Assembly: GCA_002269645.1 (NCBI GenBank)
Contig: NIVC01000069.1
Coordinates: 1 to 64,000 of the forward strand
DNA length: 64,000 nt
Direction of reading: 5' to 3'
Source: Macrostomum lignano
Lineage: Eukaryota
Positions 37,309-49,562 of this stretch are shown in pieces; the first letter of the stretch is position 1, and each line of letters starts with the position of its first letter. The notes beneath the pieces are model-generated. The model was not told the origin of the DNA and made no database searches. It was given only the letters and a program-made list of their open reading frames with translations. Position numbers and translations under genes: made by a program.

Positions 37309-40300
37309 TCACAATGGCGTTTCAACTGACAATTCGCCAACAGAGCCAATGAAAGACTGACTGCCTTGTTGGTGTGGTGTCCGCCTCCTGATGGGCGAGG
37401 TGGAACTCCCACCTGGCTGCTGCTGGCGCGACGAGCTGGATCGACCACTGAGCCTGCGCTGATGATAGTGCTGAGTCACAGCGGCTGTTGATGAGCCGCC
37501 ACTGATGCTGATGCGCTTTTTGGCGGCTGAATGATGAATTATGCGCGGTTTTGAGGGTGCTGAGCGGCTCTGGTGATTATTATTTGCCTGCTGCTGCGGC
37601 TGCTGCTGCTGCGTGTGTGATGACCTAATCGGAGGGGTAAACAAACACAAGATGATTTATGCATGTAGACTTTGATTTGATAAAGTGCAAAAGTTTTATG
37701 GAAACAAGTTCAGTTGCTATGGCGACGGGTTTAGTTGCTATGGTGACGGTTCACAACGAAGCTCGATCTCACCTGCTATTCCGCTGCCGTCTGCCGCTAT
37801 CCCGCCGATGGGCGGGTCGCCAGCTGACTGACATGCTGGCCGCGGCGGAGACGGCTGCGGTGGGGCTGGCGGCGGGCGCCACCCTCGCTTCGTCTTTGGC
37901 GACGGGACGGCGCACCTGGGCTGGAAGCGACTCTTCGACTTCGATCTCCCAGGCGGTGGACTGCCGAGGCGAAGGTACCGGGTCACGACGCTGAAGCGAG
38001 CGACGGAGCACGTCTTGAGCGTTCAGCTGAGACGCCTGACGTGGCGCTGGCGCCGGCGGGAGCGGCTGCTGAGGCGCTCGATCGGTGCTGTCGGCACTGC
38101 CATTGACACTGACTGGCTGCCGAGGGGTGGCGCGCATCGGTGGGCGAGTCGGCAGCTCGTCTGGCAGACTTCCGGGTTCGGGAAGCAACCGCTGCGACTT
38201 CAGCTCAGACAGGGTGTCGCGTAAGCACTGCATCACCTGGGATATCCAGATAGTAGGGTTGGAATGAGAACGGTGAGATTAAACGGTGAGATTATTCTTT
38301 AGGAGTGAAGGTCAATAGGTTGGATGAAATGGTGATGAGGTGATTACGTAGGGTGAGAATCGAGACGAGGTAGGGTGAGATTGGAGATTAGGTAGGGTGA
38401 GATTGGAGATGAGATGAGGTAGGGTGAGATTGGAGATGAGATGAGGTAGGGTGAGAATGTAGATTTTTAGGTTGAGAATGGAGACGAGGTAGAGCGAGAT
38501 TCGAAATGAGTTTAGCATTAGGATGGAGATGATTAGGGTGAGAATAGAGATAGCGGAGGGTTCAGATAGAGGTGAGGCAGGGTAAGAGGGGAGCTGACAA
38601 CTAAATTTTCTAGTTTAACACACAGTCGCCATGATAGCAAAGCTAAAAACCTTAGCTCGCACAATGAACTCTACCCTAACAGATTCTGCATCAAACTGCG
38701 TCATTAGTGAATAAACAAGAGGTCTGCAGTAACCGCGATTTAACCCAGCCTGATCATAGTTCTCATAACAGCATGAGAGAAAGATGACAGACAGACAAAA
38801 CTATATGCGCAATTGTAGATACAACCTGTAAGTAAACCAAAATGCGCCAAAGTAAACTAAGGATACGAACCATAAAAATGCTTAACAACACACTAGTCAA
38901 AGACGAGACCGACATCAATTAATCTTTGAAAGCATGAGATTTGGAAACTATATTGTCAAGATACTCAAAAATTTTACTAAGCGTCTACAACACCGAGAAA
39001 TGTGATTGCATGCATTAATTCACAACCCGAACAAGTCCTCATAAACCAAATTAGCCAAATCCAATAAATTTATATGACCAAATCCCATAAACACACCTGA
39101 CCAAATCCCATAAACACACCTGACCAAATCCTATAAACACACCTGATCGATTCACATAAACACACCTGACCAAACCCATAAACACACCTGATCAATTCCC
39201 ATAAACACACCTGATCAATTCCCATAAGCACACCTGATCAAATCCCATTACCACACTTGATCAAATCCCATTAGCACACCTGATCAAATCCCTTAAACAC
39301 ACCTGATCAAATCCCATTAACACACACGGCCAAATCCATTAGCACACCTGATCAAATCCCACAAACACACCTGACCAAATCCCATAAACACACCTGACCA
39401 AATCCCATAAACACACCTGACCAAATCCTATAAACACACCTGATCGATTCACATAAACACACCTGACCAAACCCATAAACACACCTGATCAATTCCCATA
39501 AACACACCTGATCAATTCCCATAAACACACCTGATCAATTCCCATAAGCACACCTGATCAAATCCCATTACCACACCTGATCAAATCCCATTACCACACC
39601 TGATCAAATCCCATTAGCACACCTGATCAAATCCCTTAAACACACCTGATCAAATCCCATTAACACACACGGCCAAATCCATTAGCACACCTGATCAAAT
39701 CCCACAAACACACCTGATCAAATACTATAAACACGGAATCAAATCTCAAACACACCTGATCAGTTCTCATAAACACACCTGATCAAATCCCATAAACACA
39801 TCTGATCAAATCCCATAAACACACCTGATCAAATCCCATAAACACACCTGATCAATTCCCATAAACACACCTGATCAAATCCCATAAACACACCTGATCA
39901 AATCCCTTAAACACACCTGATCAAATCCCATTAACACAATTGATCAATTCCCATAAACACACCTGACCAAATCCCATAAACACACCTGATCAATTCCCAT
40001 AAACACACCTGACCAAATCCCATAAAATGATCGTCTCACCTGATCCTCAGTATAACTGAAATCCTTCTGCAGTCCAGCTCCCAGGAAGGCCAGAAACTCT
40101 TCATCCGACTTCATCTTCATCAGCCTCTTAGAGTGCAACCGCATGACGGCAACCGCCATAGCAACCAGGACCTGCTCCCCCAGTGCCACAAATATGTCCC
40201 ACAACCGCACAGTGATGGGAAATGGCATGCAGTCGAGAAACGCCTGCATGAACCACCGAACAGCGTAAGCGGTGACCGGCACCAAGTGCTTCTCGTGAAT

Positions 40301-41936
40301 CAGCCTGTCGAGTCTGGGCATGAGATTCTGCAGACAGGTCCTGTACTGCTCGATGTAGCGCAGAAGCTTGGGAAAGTTTGGAATAAAGAAGCCGTGAAGA
40401 CCGTGGCGCGGCCCCGTGAACAGCTGGGTCAGCGCCAAGAAGGCTTCTTCTTCGTCGTTGAAGTACAGCAGAAGGAAGGCTGCCAGCTGACTCATGCCCT
40501 ACGGTACGGCGGGTAGATTTGTCATCGGTTTACAGCATTTTAGCTGAGCTGTCACCCTCCACCACAATGCACCGATACTTCAGGGCCCGCAATTGTCACC
40601 CCTCCACCACAATCCCCTGATACTTCAGGGCCCGCAGCTGTCACCCCTCCACCACAATCCCCTGATACTTCAGGGCCCGCAGCTGTCACCCCTCCACCAC
40701 AATCCCCTGATACTTCAAGGCCCGCAATTGTCACCCCTCCACCACAATCCACTGATTTTTCAGGGTCCGCAGTTGTCACCCTCCACCACAATCCACCGAT
40801 ACTTCAAGGCCCGGAGTTGTCACCCTCCACCACAATCCCCCGATACTTCAGGGCCCGCAGTTGTCACCCCTCCACCACAATCCACCGATACTTCAGGGCC
40901 CGCAATTGTCACCCTCCACCACAATCTTCTGATACTTCAGGGCCCGCAGCTGTCACCCTCCACCACAATCTTCTGATACTTCAGGGCCCGCAGCTGTCAC
41001 CCCTCCACCACAATCCACCGATACTTCAGGGCTCGCATCTGTCACCCCTCCACCACAATCCACCGATACTTCAGGGCTCGCATCTGTCATCCCTCCACAA
41101 CAATCCACCGATACTTCAGGGCTCGCATCTGTCACCCCTCCACCACAATCCACCGAATCGTCACTGCTCAAACCTTGTAGCTCTCTAGCAGCACTAACCT
41201 GGCAATAGCCAACATCCGTGTTGTACATGCTATAGGCCACCAGAACGTTAAACAACACTCTTTGCCTAGCATTATATCGAACTCGATAGAACTCAGTAAA
41301 CCGATAAGTCCTATTCACGTCCAAATCAATCTGGTGCACATCTGCTGAATGCTTCCTGGCGTACTCCCTGATGGCCGGATAGCCCCATTGGCAGGACCGC
41401 CTGGCTTCATCGATTGCCAACAATTCGTACCAGACTGGATATCGGAACTTCTCAGGCACACCTTTGTACAGGCGGTTTAAAAACTTGGCGCTAAAATCCA
41501 GAGCTCGACGACTAGCCGTCTCGTCTCTGCCGCCATTGTCAGTTTCGGCGGCAACCCGGTGCCAGTTGGCGAAGCGGCTGCCGCTGGCCTGGCCAGATTG
41601 GTTTGCTGGCCGCAGCATCCGCTGCCACTTCGGCTCGCGGCGCAGGTCGGCTCGGCGAATTCGCGCCTCGGCGAGGGACAGAGCGGCGGGCACGCCGCCT
41701 GAGGCAGCCGGGTGGTAGAAGCCAAAGTGATCGATCTGGCTGTCCGGAGGCACCGGGTCAGCTTCGGTGATGCCAGAAATCCCGCCTGATGCTTTGCCAT
41801 CGTAGCGAGCAACAATGGCGGCGCGCTCAGCGTCTTGTCGGCGATTCTCGCGACTGTCCTCGTCTTCGTTGTTATTGTCCAGCTTGGAGTGGTGAACTTC
41901 GATGCGGGGCCTGACTGGTTGGAGCTTAGCTGACAT
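37309..41936 (-). CDS. USP6NL: USP6 N-terminal-like (RN-tre) TBC-domain Rab GAP, 658 aa. Exons 41936-41199, 40498-40040, 38236-37773, 37624-37309
   Basis: AERAAIVARYD, DHFGFYH, LYKGVP, IDLDVNRT (Arg finger), YNTDVGYCQ|GMSQ (Gln finger), GLHGFFIPNFPKLLR, PFPITVRLWDIF. GT-AG junctions with consistent phases 0, 0, 2. Confidence 0.92.
38260..38600. repeat. Degenerate (GAGAT/GGGTGAGA)-rich repeat in USP6NL intron 2
   Basis: Recurrent GTAGGGTGAGATTGGAGATGAG-like units. Confidence 0.7.
39075..40026. repeat. 23-bp minisatellite (CACACCTGATCAAATCCCATAAA), about 40 copies, in USP6NL intron 2
   Basis: Direct reading; internal block duplication of about 297 bp (39131 vs 39428). Confidence 0.95.
40550..41155. 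repeat. 45-bp minisatellite, about 13 copies, in USP6NL intron 1
   Basis: TCACCCCTCCACCACAATCC...GATACTTCAGGGCCCGCAGCTG units. Confidence 0.92.
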
Positions 41937-42609
41937 AATTATTGCTCCTGCAGTGGGGTAGCACAGTGAAGTTTTTCTCAGAATTGAGCTAGAGGTAAAA
42001 TGTTACTTTTTTGTCAAAAATTTCAAAAAAGAGAATAAAACAGATGATTTGGTAGGTTAATAACTAACCATAATAGAGAATATGTTATTAAGCTATTATG
42101 CAATAATAGCATAGTATAGGCATATTGAAGCCTCATAAGCCTTTAGGAGAAACAAAACATACTGATAAGGGCACAAAATAATGAAGGATTAAAAATACTA
42201 AAAATTCATAATCTTTGTAATCTACTTTAATAAGCTAAAATAAACATAACTATATCCAAAATGTGTCCAAATTTCAGAATTTGCTTAATTAGACAATAAA
42301 ATGAGCAACTAAAACAATGTTGATAATTTCAATCAATAAAGGCATTGGGTATTCTGTAGCTTAAATAAAATATAAGACAAAATAATAAAAAAATATATTT
42401 CAATAACAGAAACAAATAATAAAAACACCATTTTAAATCAAGAAGCACAACTATCTAAAATGTATTTTTATAATCTAATTAAGCAATGGGTTCCTTGTAG
42501 ATATTTCTAGCTTTTAATGGTAGAAATGTATTTTTATAATCTAATTAAGCAATGGGTTCCTTGTAGATATTTCTAGCTTTTAATGGCCAGATAAAAATCT
42601 AGTATAAAG

Positions 42610-42960
42610 CAAGCCAAAAATGAGAGTGAGAAGAGGGTCAAAAGGATAAAAAAGAACAAAAAGAGAAAAGAGAGACAAAAGAATGAACTGGAAAGACAAA
42701 ATAAGAAAAAAGAAAGGAGAAGAGAAAACAAAGACAAGGGAGAAAACAGAAGACAAAAGAAAAAGAAGAGAAAAATTAATAAAGGGAAGAGATAGGAAAA
42801 AAGAAGAGACAAAATAATAAGAAGAAAAAAGACAAGAAGAGAAAAGAAAGAAAGAAAAAAAGGTAACAGAAAAAAAAGAAAAAAGAGTCAAAAAGGAAAG
42901 AAAAGAAGAGTAAAAAGACAGCAGAGAAGACAATAGAAACAATTAAAAGAGAAGAGTTTA
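42610..42960. repeat. A/G-rich low-complexity tract
   Basis: Strongly purine-biased plus strand; explains the F/L/S-rich pseudo-ORFs. Confidence 0.8.
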
Positions 42961-45900
42961 CTATAAAAAAGAGCTAAACTAAAGCCTAAAAAATACCTCA
43001 AGCAGGCTAATTTGCTATTGTAAAGTTCAAAGAACCTAAAGGCTAGATAAATTGACTTTGTAAGCCCGAGTTTATTAATACTGGTCTAATTTGAAAGATT
43101 TCTTAAAAATTATTTTGCTTCTTGATTTTGCTATTTAAAACATTGTTGTTTTCCATTATTTGTATTGTAGTATATTATATTTATAGTATAGGTATTAATC
43201 TCATTTGGCTTACTTAAGCTTTGACAAAAAAAGTAACAAAACTTTTATTCTGTTCTAAATTGAATTACATCAATGTATTTAACAACATTAACATACTATT
43301 AAAATAAGCAATGCTTACTGAGCAACTGTTACCTAGGTTTTGTACACAAAAAGTAATTAATCTTTTTATAAACATTTTTAGAAAATCAAAATAAAAAAGC
43401 ATGAAAATTTGCATTGTTATTCTTCTCAACAAACATACAACTTCAAAAGTAGGCCCCATACTGTTAGAAAAGTTGAATGAAAAAAAATTAAATTAAAAAA
43501 TTGCAAGTTTGGCTAGGCCTAGCTGAACTTAAATGAATTAACTCAAACATAAAATGTAGTAAAACTAAAAACAGGAAAGAACTGGATAGCAAAAGGATAA
43601 GATTTGCGGCTAGTAAAAATTAGAACGTCTAATGTTCTTTGTGAGAGCCGACTCATACAACAATTGTGAAAACTCAAAATTACTATACTACACTAGCTCT
43701 AAGCTGTTTACGACCGGGCAGGGACGCAGGGTCAGGTAGGTATCACTTTTTAAAAGTAAATTTCCTTGAAAAAGCAGAAGTCAAAATATGGCAATAACAA
43801 ACATATTAGACTTTTTTATATGCGTTTATTACTTTTATAACAGAAAAACACTTAAAAAACTTTTTTACTAAAAAACGTAAAAGTTCTATACCATAAGACA
43901 CAAAAACTGGAAAACTGTTGTTAAATTGAGTATTGTATTTAATTACCTATTTTTCATCGAAATAGGTATGGCTATTGCCATTCAATAATCACAATTTCAA
44001 AGCACTAATATCCCTTTAGTTTAGGAAACAAAAAGTTATACTTTACAAATTGGTTCTGTGTCTAGAACCAGAACAAGCTTTATGAAGAGCCTCTAAGTTT
44101 GAGGTTTCTGGGTAGTCTGAAAGCAATTGCATATTAATAATGCTTTAAATATTTTTAAATTTTGTTTAAATATCCATCTATTGTCTTCTTACTTTATCTC
44201 AATAAAATATGTATAATATAAAATTTAATAAAAACGTTAGGCCTAATTTTTAGATAAGGTGTCAAAACTTTTGTTGTAAATTGTGACTTGCATTAAACTG
44301 GCCTACATTACAAGACATGACATCCCTCTAGTCTACTGCTCCACTAAAACTTTGTCTTACTTTTTACACAGATAAAATTAACATTTATCTGATTTATATT
44401 ATGTGTAAAATATTTTATGGCAGTAACAATGTTATGCAATGGCAATGTGTAATATAATAATTGCATATCAATTATCATGTACTACAATTCCTAGGCTATA
44501 GGCCTACCTACAGGCTACAACTTCTACAAGTACAACTGGCAATCTGTGTATTGTGTGATAGAAATTACTGTTATTATCACATTTTTGTTCTTTTAGACTT
44601 TATAAGAATGTTAATTTTTTTTGACAAAATATAGGCCTACTTTCTACAATTTTTGTATAATTTCATTTGTTTTGTATATTTTTTAATTTAAATCTAATTA
44701 ATTACCTAAAAAAGCTCAGATTCTAGATAAAATGGCTAGATAAAATAAAACGCTAGACCTATCTTAATACAAGCCCTTTTATTGCCATAGTATCTATTTT
44801 TAAATGTTTTAGGGTAGGCCTATCTAATTCTGATTTTGGTTGATATAAATTGCTTTCAATATATACATTTAAAATTTTTTATAAGACAACATTTTAGGTC
44901 TAATTATTATATATGCTTGGTGCCCTTTAGTAAGTTCTATATAATTTTATTATAGTCTTAAGCCCACACTCAGGATCATGTCATGTATACAGGAAATTTC
45001 TGGCACACATTTTGGACAGCTGGTGTACACTTGGCATACAAAATTTTTGAAAGGGTCTTCTGGTATACACCTTGGTGTATATACAATTGGTGCATATGCA
45101 TGGTGCACACTGGAGAAGGCTACGCCATGGCTACTGCAAGAGACAAAATCATGTAAAGTACATGAAGTGTGAAATTTTGCACAAAGTTTAACAATGATTT
45201 TGCAAGTATATTGTAATGACAATTGACAACCATTGCTTCATTCAAAATATTCTCTAAATCATGTTTTATTTCTCTTCTTTATTCTTTTTTTTGAAATTAA
45301 AAACATAAATCTTCAAATCTTCAATTTATAATATTTTTTTGCAATTGAACAAAATATTACAACTTACAATATATTGTGATTAGGATTTAGGACTGGCGCA
45401 CCTGGCGCACTTGTGCATTTTACCTGGCGTACCTAGCGCAGACTGAAAAAAAATTGAGGTGGCTTTCGGGGCACACAGCATGATCCTGACTATGGTCTAA
45501 AGCTAGGTCTAGTATTTTTAGTAGGCCTACTCTAATTTTTTTAATGTATATAACATGACCAATTGGTTTTGTTAAAGTTAAACCAAAGTCTAAACTTAAA
45601 ATGTATATAGCTAATGAAATGTATATAGGTATAGGATAGGGTATAACAAACTAACCAAATGGTATAATTCATCATGATGATTTATTCACCCCTTAGGCTT
45701 AGGCCCTATACCTTAGTTAGCTATCTAATTCTACTTGTTGTCCAATTTGTAGCCACTCAACTCTTGCTATGTACAATTTAATATTAGTTTAATGGGTTTC
45801 CAGTTTGTTTGTCTGCTAACAATGGATCTAGGACTATTCGTCTACCGGACTACTTGTCTGCCCTGGGCAAATGGCTAGTGGCTATTTGTCTGCCAGTGCT

Positions 45901-46869
45901 AGCTAGTAGATATAGTAACCAACATAGGTTTCTGGATACTTAGGTGACAAGATGCTTTGGCAACAGATATTTCAGCAACAATTTATATTGGCAACAGACA
46001 TTGCAGTAACTTATAGGATAGTAAAGTTCTAAACTATGTTATAACTTATAGTTGTTTTAATGTGTCACTATATAATTTAGACTAAGGCAGTAGTGCTGTC
46101 TTATCTACTATTCTAAACCATGTCGGAGTAAAAAATGAAAGCCATTGTATTTTACATGCAATCTACATAAATGAAAGTACCTTGCTATTAAAAAATGACT
46201 TTTAGACACTGTGCCAATGCAATGTTGCAATGAAATCATGGTATGCTGGTGGTGTGCACCACCTCCATAAAAAGTTCTAAGAAACTATAAACTTTTAACA
46301 AAGCTAACCTTTTCTTTGTTTTTTTAAAAATTCTGGAATATAATTGTTTATAAAACATTAACATATCACTCATTCTCATCTCACACATTGCTATTTATGT
46401 TCACTATTCTTTGGAAACAAAGTTAATGTCTCTAGAGGAGCAAGACAAAAGTCTAAATGCTTTTGCTTTGTGAATAAAAGAATTAGTTCTGTAGTTTTAA
46501 TCATAATTATATGTTTTCAATAGATTGTATAACTATATATATTCTATAAACTCTTAGTTGCTATGGCCATTGTACTTATATATTCTATAAACTCTTAGTT
46601 GCTATGGCCATTGTACTGCCATATTGAGAACAGTGGACACAAGGATATAGCTATAAAATGATTTGCTCATTTTGTCATTTTGTTTGACTATCTTTATTTT
46701 TCTTTTTCTTAGTCATATGTAGCTTATGTTTAAATAGCTGTATATATTATTATATATGCATATACTATATAGTACATATATAAATATTGCATAATAAAAA
46801 TTGGTGAACTATGTCCAATTAGCCTATTGATTTTATGTCAAATATTGCAACTGCAAAAAATTGCAGAAA

Positions 46870-47300
46870 CTGCAGATAGAGGAGAAGAGAGATAATAGAT
46901 ATAGAAAATAGATAAAAGTAGAAAGAAGAGAAGAGATACAAAAGAAAAGAGAGGAAAGACAACTGACAAAAAAAGAAAGATGACTAACAAGAGAGGAGAG
47001 AGGAGACAGGAGAGAGTAGAGAGAAGAAGAGACTCAAGAACATGAGAGATAAGAGTGGAGGTGACACAAGAGAGTGAATAGGAGAAAAGAGAGTACAAAA
47101 AAGATAAGAGTAGAAAATAGAGGAGAGAAAAGAGAAAAAAGCTATAGGGAAGAAGCAAGAGAAGAGAAGAGATGAGAGAGAAGAAAGGAGAAAAGAGATA
47201 GAGAGCAAAGGAGCTAGAGAATAGAGAGAATAGAGGAGAAATGACAGAGGGGAGACTAGAGATTAAAAAATGAGATAGTAGAGAGAAGAGAAAAGATAAG
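46870..47300. repeat. A/G-rich low-complexity tract
   Basis: GA/AG-rich plus strand; explains the F/L/S-rich pseudo-ORFs. Confidence 0.8.
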
Positions 47301-47502
47301 ATATATAATACAATTTCTTATACAATGTATAAAAAAAAGGTTTGTGGGCAATGTCCCTACCCCACTCATCATCCTACCCCTATCTGGCCAGTAGATAAAC
47401 AGTTTTAAAAAGAAACTTTTGTCTGCTTAGCAGATATATTGTCAGCAAACAAGACAACTAGCACGCAGCTTAACATTGGTAAAATCTGATTGGCCATAGT
47501 TA

Positions 47503-47797
47503 CATACATGCGCAACAGTCGGCCGAGTCGGCTGATCTGGCCGACTGATTTGGCGGCCAACCAAGGAAGTCGCAAAAATGCCCACCCAAAAAATACCAAA
47601 GTAGTAGTACTAAGTAGCTGACGAGGCATTTTGGCTTAATAAGACAGTGATAGTTACTTCTGCCGTTTACCAAAAGTTGCGTTAAATTTGCTTTACGGTT
47701 TTTTACATGTAAGTCGCATTTTTGGCCAAAAACTACGTCGCATTTTGTTAAAACTAAGTCGCACGGCCGACCGAATTTTCGAGGTTGCGCATGTATG
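47503..47797. mobile_element. hAT-type MITE, 295 bp
   Basis: Perfect 14-bp TIR CATACATGCGCAAC / GTTGCGCATGTATG, flanked by an exact 8-bp TSD CATAGTTA (47495-47502 and 47798-47805). Subterminal GTCGGCCG/CGGCCGAC repeats. Confidence 0.85.
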
Positions 47798-49562
47798 CAT
47801 AGTTATATATTATATACTTGCATTCTACAACTAAATTCTACGCTAAAATAGGCCTAAGAATTAATAACTATAAAGCTATTTTCTTACTTGATTTCATGAT
47901 AAAATATTTGGTCTATTACAAAGAGTAATATTAATACTATTAGTATTATATATGTAATTGTAAGTCAATTGGATGCTCTGTCTTGTATTATATATTCTGG
48001 CTTATAGATATTTCTTATTTAGTATTTGGCATTTTTATTCTAGTGTTTTCTTTTGGTATTTCCCTTTAAAATTTTCTCCTTGAGGACAGATTCCCTTTAG
48101 CACTTCCCCTCTAGGCAGTAGTAGCATCCTGTTTAGCACTTCCCTTCTAGTATTTTCTCTTGAAATGAAAATTGCTAAGCGGCTATGTGGCTATAAAAGT
48201 GGTTGCTAATATTCTGTGCTTTGTAGCAAGTTTTAAAAATCATAATAGGCCTAACTTACAAAAAATATCATATGGACAAAAAAGTAAATGACTTAACAAA
48301 GTATAATTGAACAAATTAAATATAAAAGTTTATTTGAAAATGCTGCTAAGGGGGAATGCTAGAAGGGAAACATTGGAGGGAAATGCAAGAAGAAAAATGC
48401 CAAAGAAGGAACTTCTAGTAGCCTATAGCTACAAGCCTAGTCTTTATGGTTGCCATATGAATAATTATATCTCTTGACCTTCAAGGGTATTAATAATGCA
48501 AATAGCTTCAAGCCAAGTTTTTAATTTAGCCCCAAATTTATATTCACTGCATTTTAAATCAAGCCTAGGTTAAGTTTATTGTTTCCTTTGCCTTGAGGAT
48601 AGCTAATGTGAATTGTGGTATGTAGTCTAAAGGATGCTATCTAGGTTGACACATTAAAAAATCCAAACTCTCCTAAGATAGACCTAAGGAGCCTAGCGTG
48701 ACTTCAAAGTTATCTAGCATATTGGTGCATTATGCCACTAGTGTCTGCAGCAAAGTAAGAGAAGTTAAAGAAGTTAAAGAAGTGTAATCTGATCCTTAGC
48801 CAAAATAGGGGGGTTAAAGAAATAGACAAAATATATGCCATTTTTTAATGTTGTATAGTATAACATTTGTTAAAATAGGGGCTCAGACTGTTGCATATAA
48901 ATATTCATTAATGAAAACAAATATCTTAATGTTTTAAGTGAAAGGTTGATTCATATTAATGCTAACTAGATATAAAGCTCTTTCTACTACTTGTTATCTT
49001 TATCATTGAAAAAACATCTAAGCTTAACAAAGTTAATAATATTTTAGTCAAAGCAAGATTTGAACACTTGAAAATAGACTATAACACTATTTAAATATTA
49101 AACTTGTAGGTACTAAAACATAGTTGATAGATACACACTTCAAATAATTAAGGCCAATAAACTTACTAGGTCTATTATTTTGTCTATTTAAGAGTGTAAT
49201 TATCATTAGCAATAATCAACATTTGTTATTGATACTAGAAATATATCCATATATATATAAAAGAATATGTAATTTACATTAGTGATTACATGATTAGAAT
49301 GATTGCCATACAAAGCAGATATCTTTAGTTTACTTATAAGTTTATAGATTTTTAACATGTTTTAATTTGTTCACTATAGACCTTTAAGCAGCAGGCAATC
49401 TAACTCTGATCATTGAGTTTTTATATCTTCTCTATTATTTTTTCATGATTTCTTCAACTAAGTGTCTGTCAAAATTGTCAACTGGATTTATTAGTTAAAG
49501 AAATCAAGTGTGCAGAATTGCAGTAAGTTAATTATTAGGGGCCCATTATTTTTCTTAAAAGA

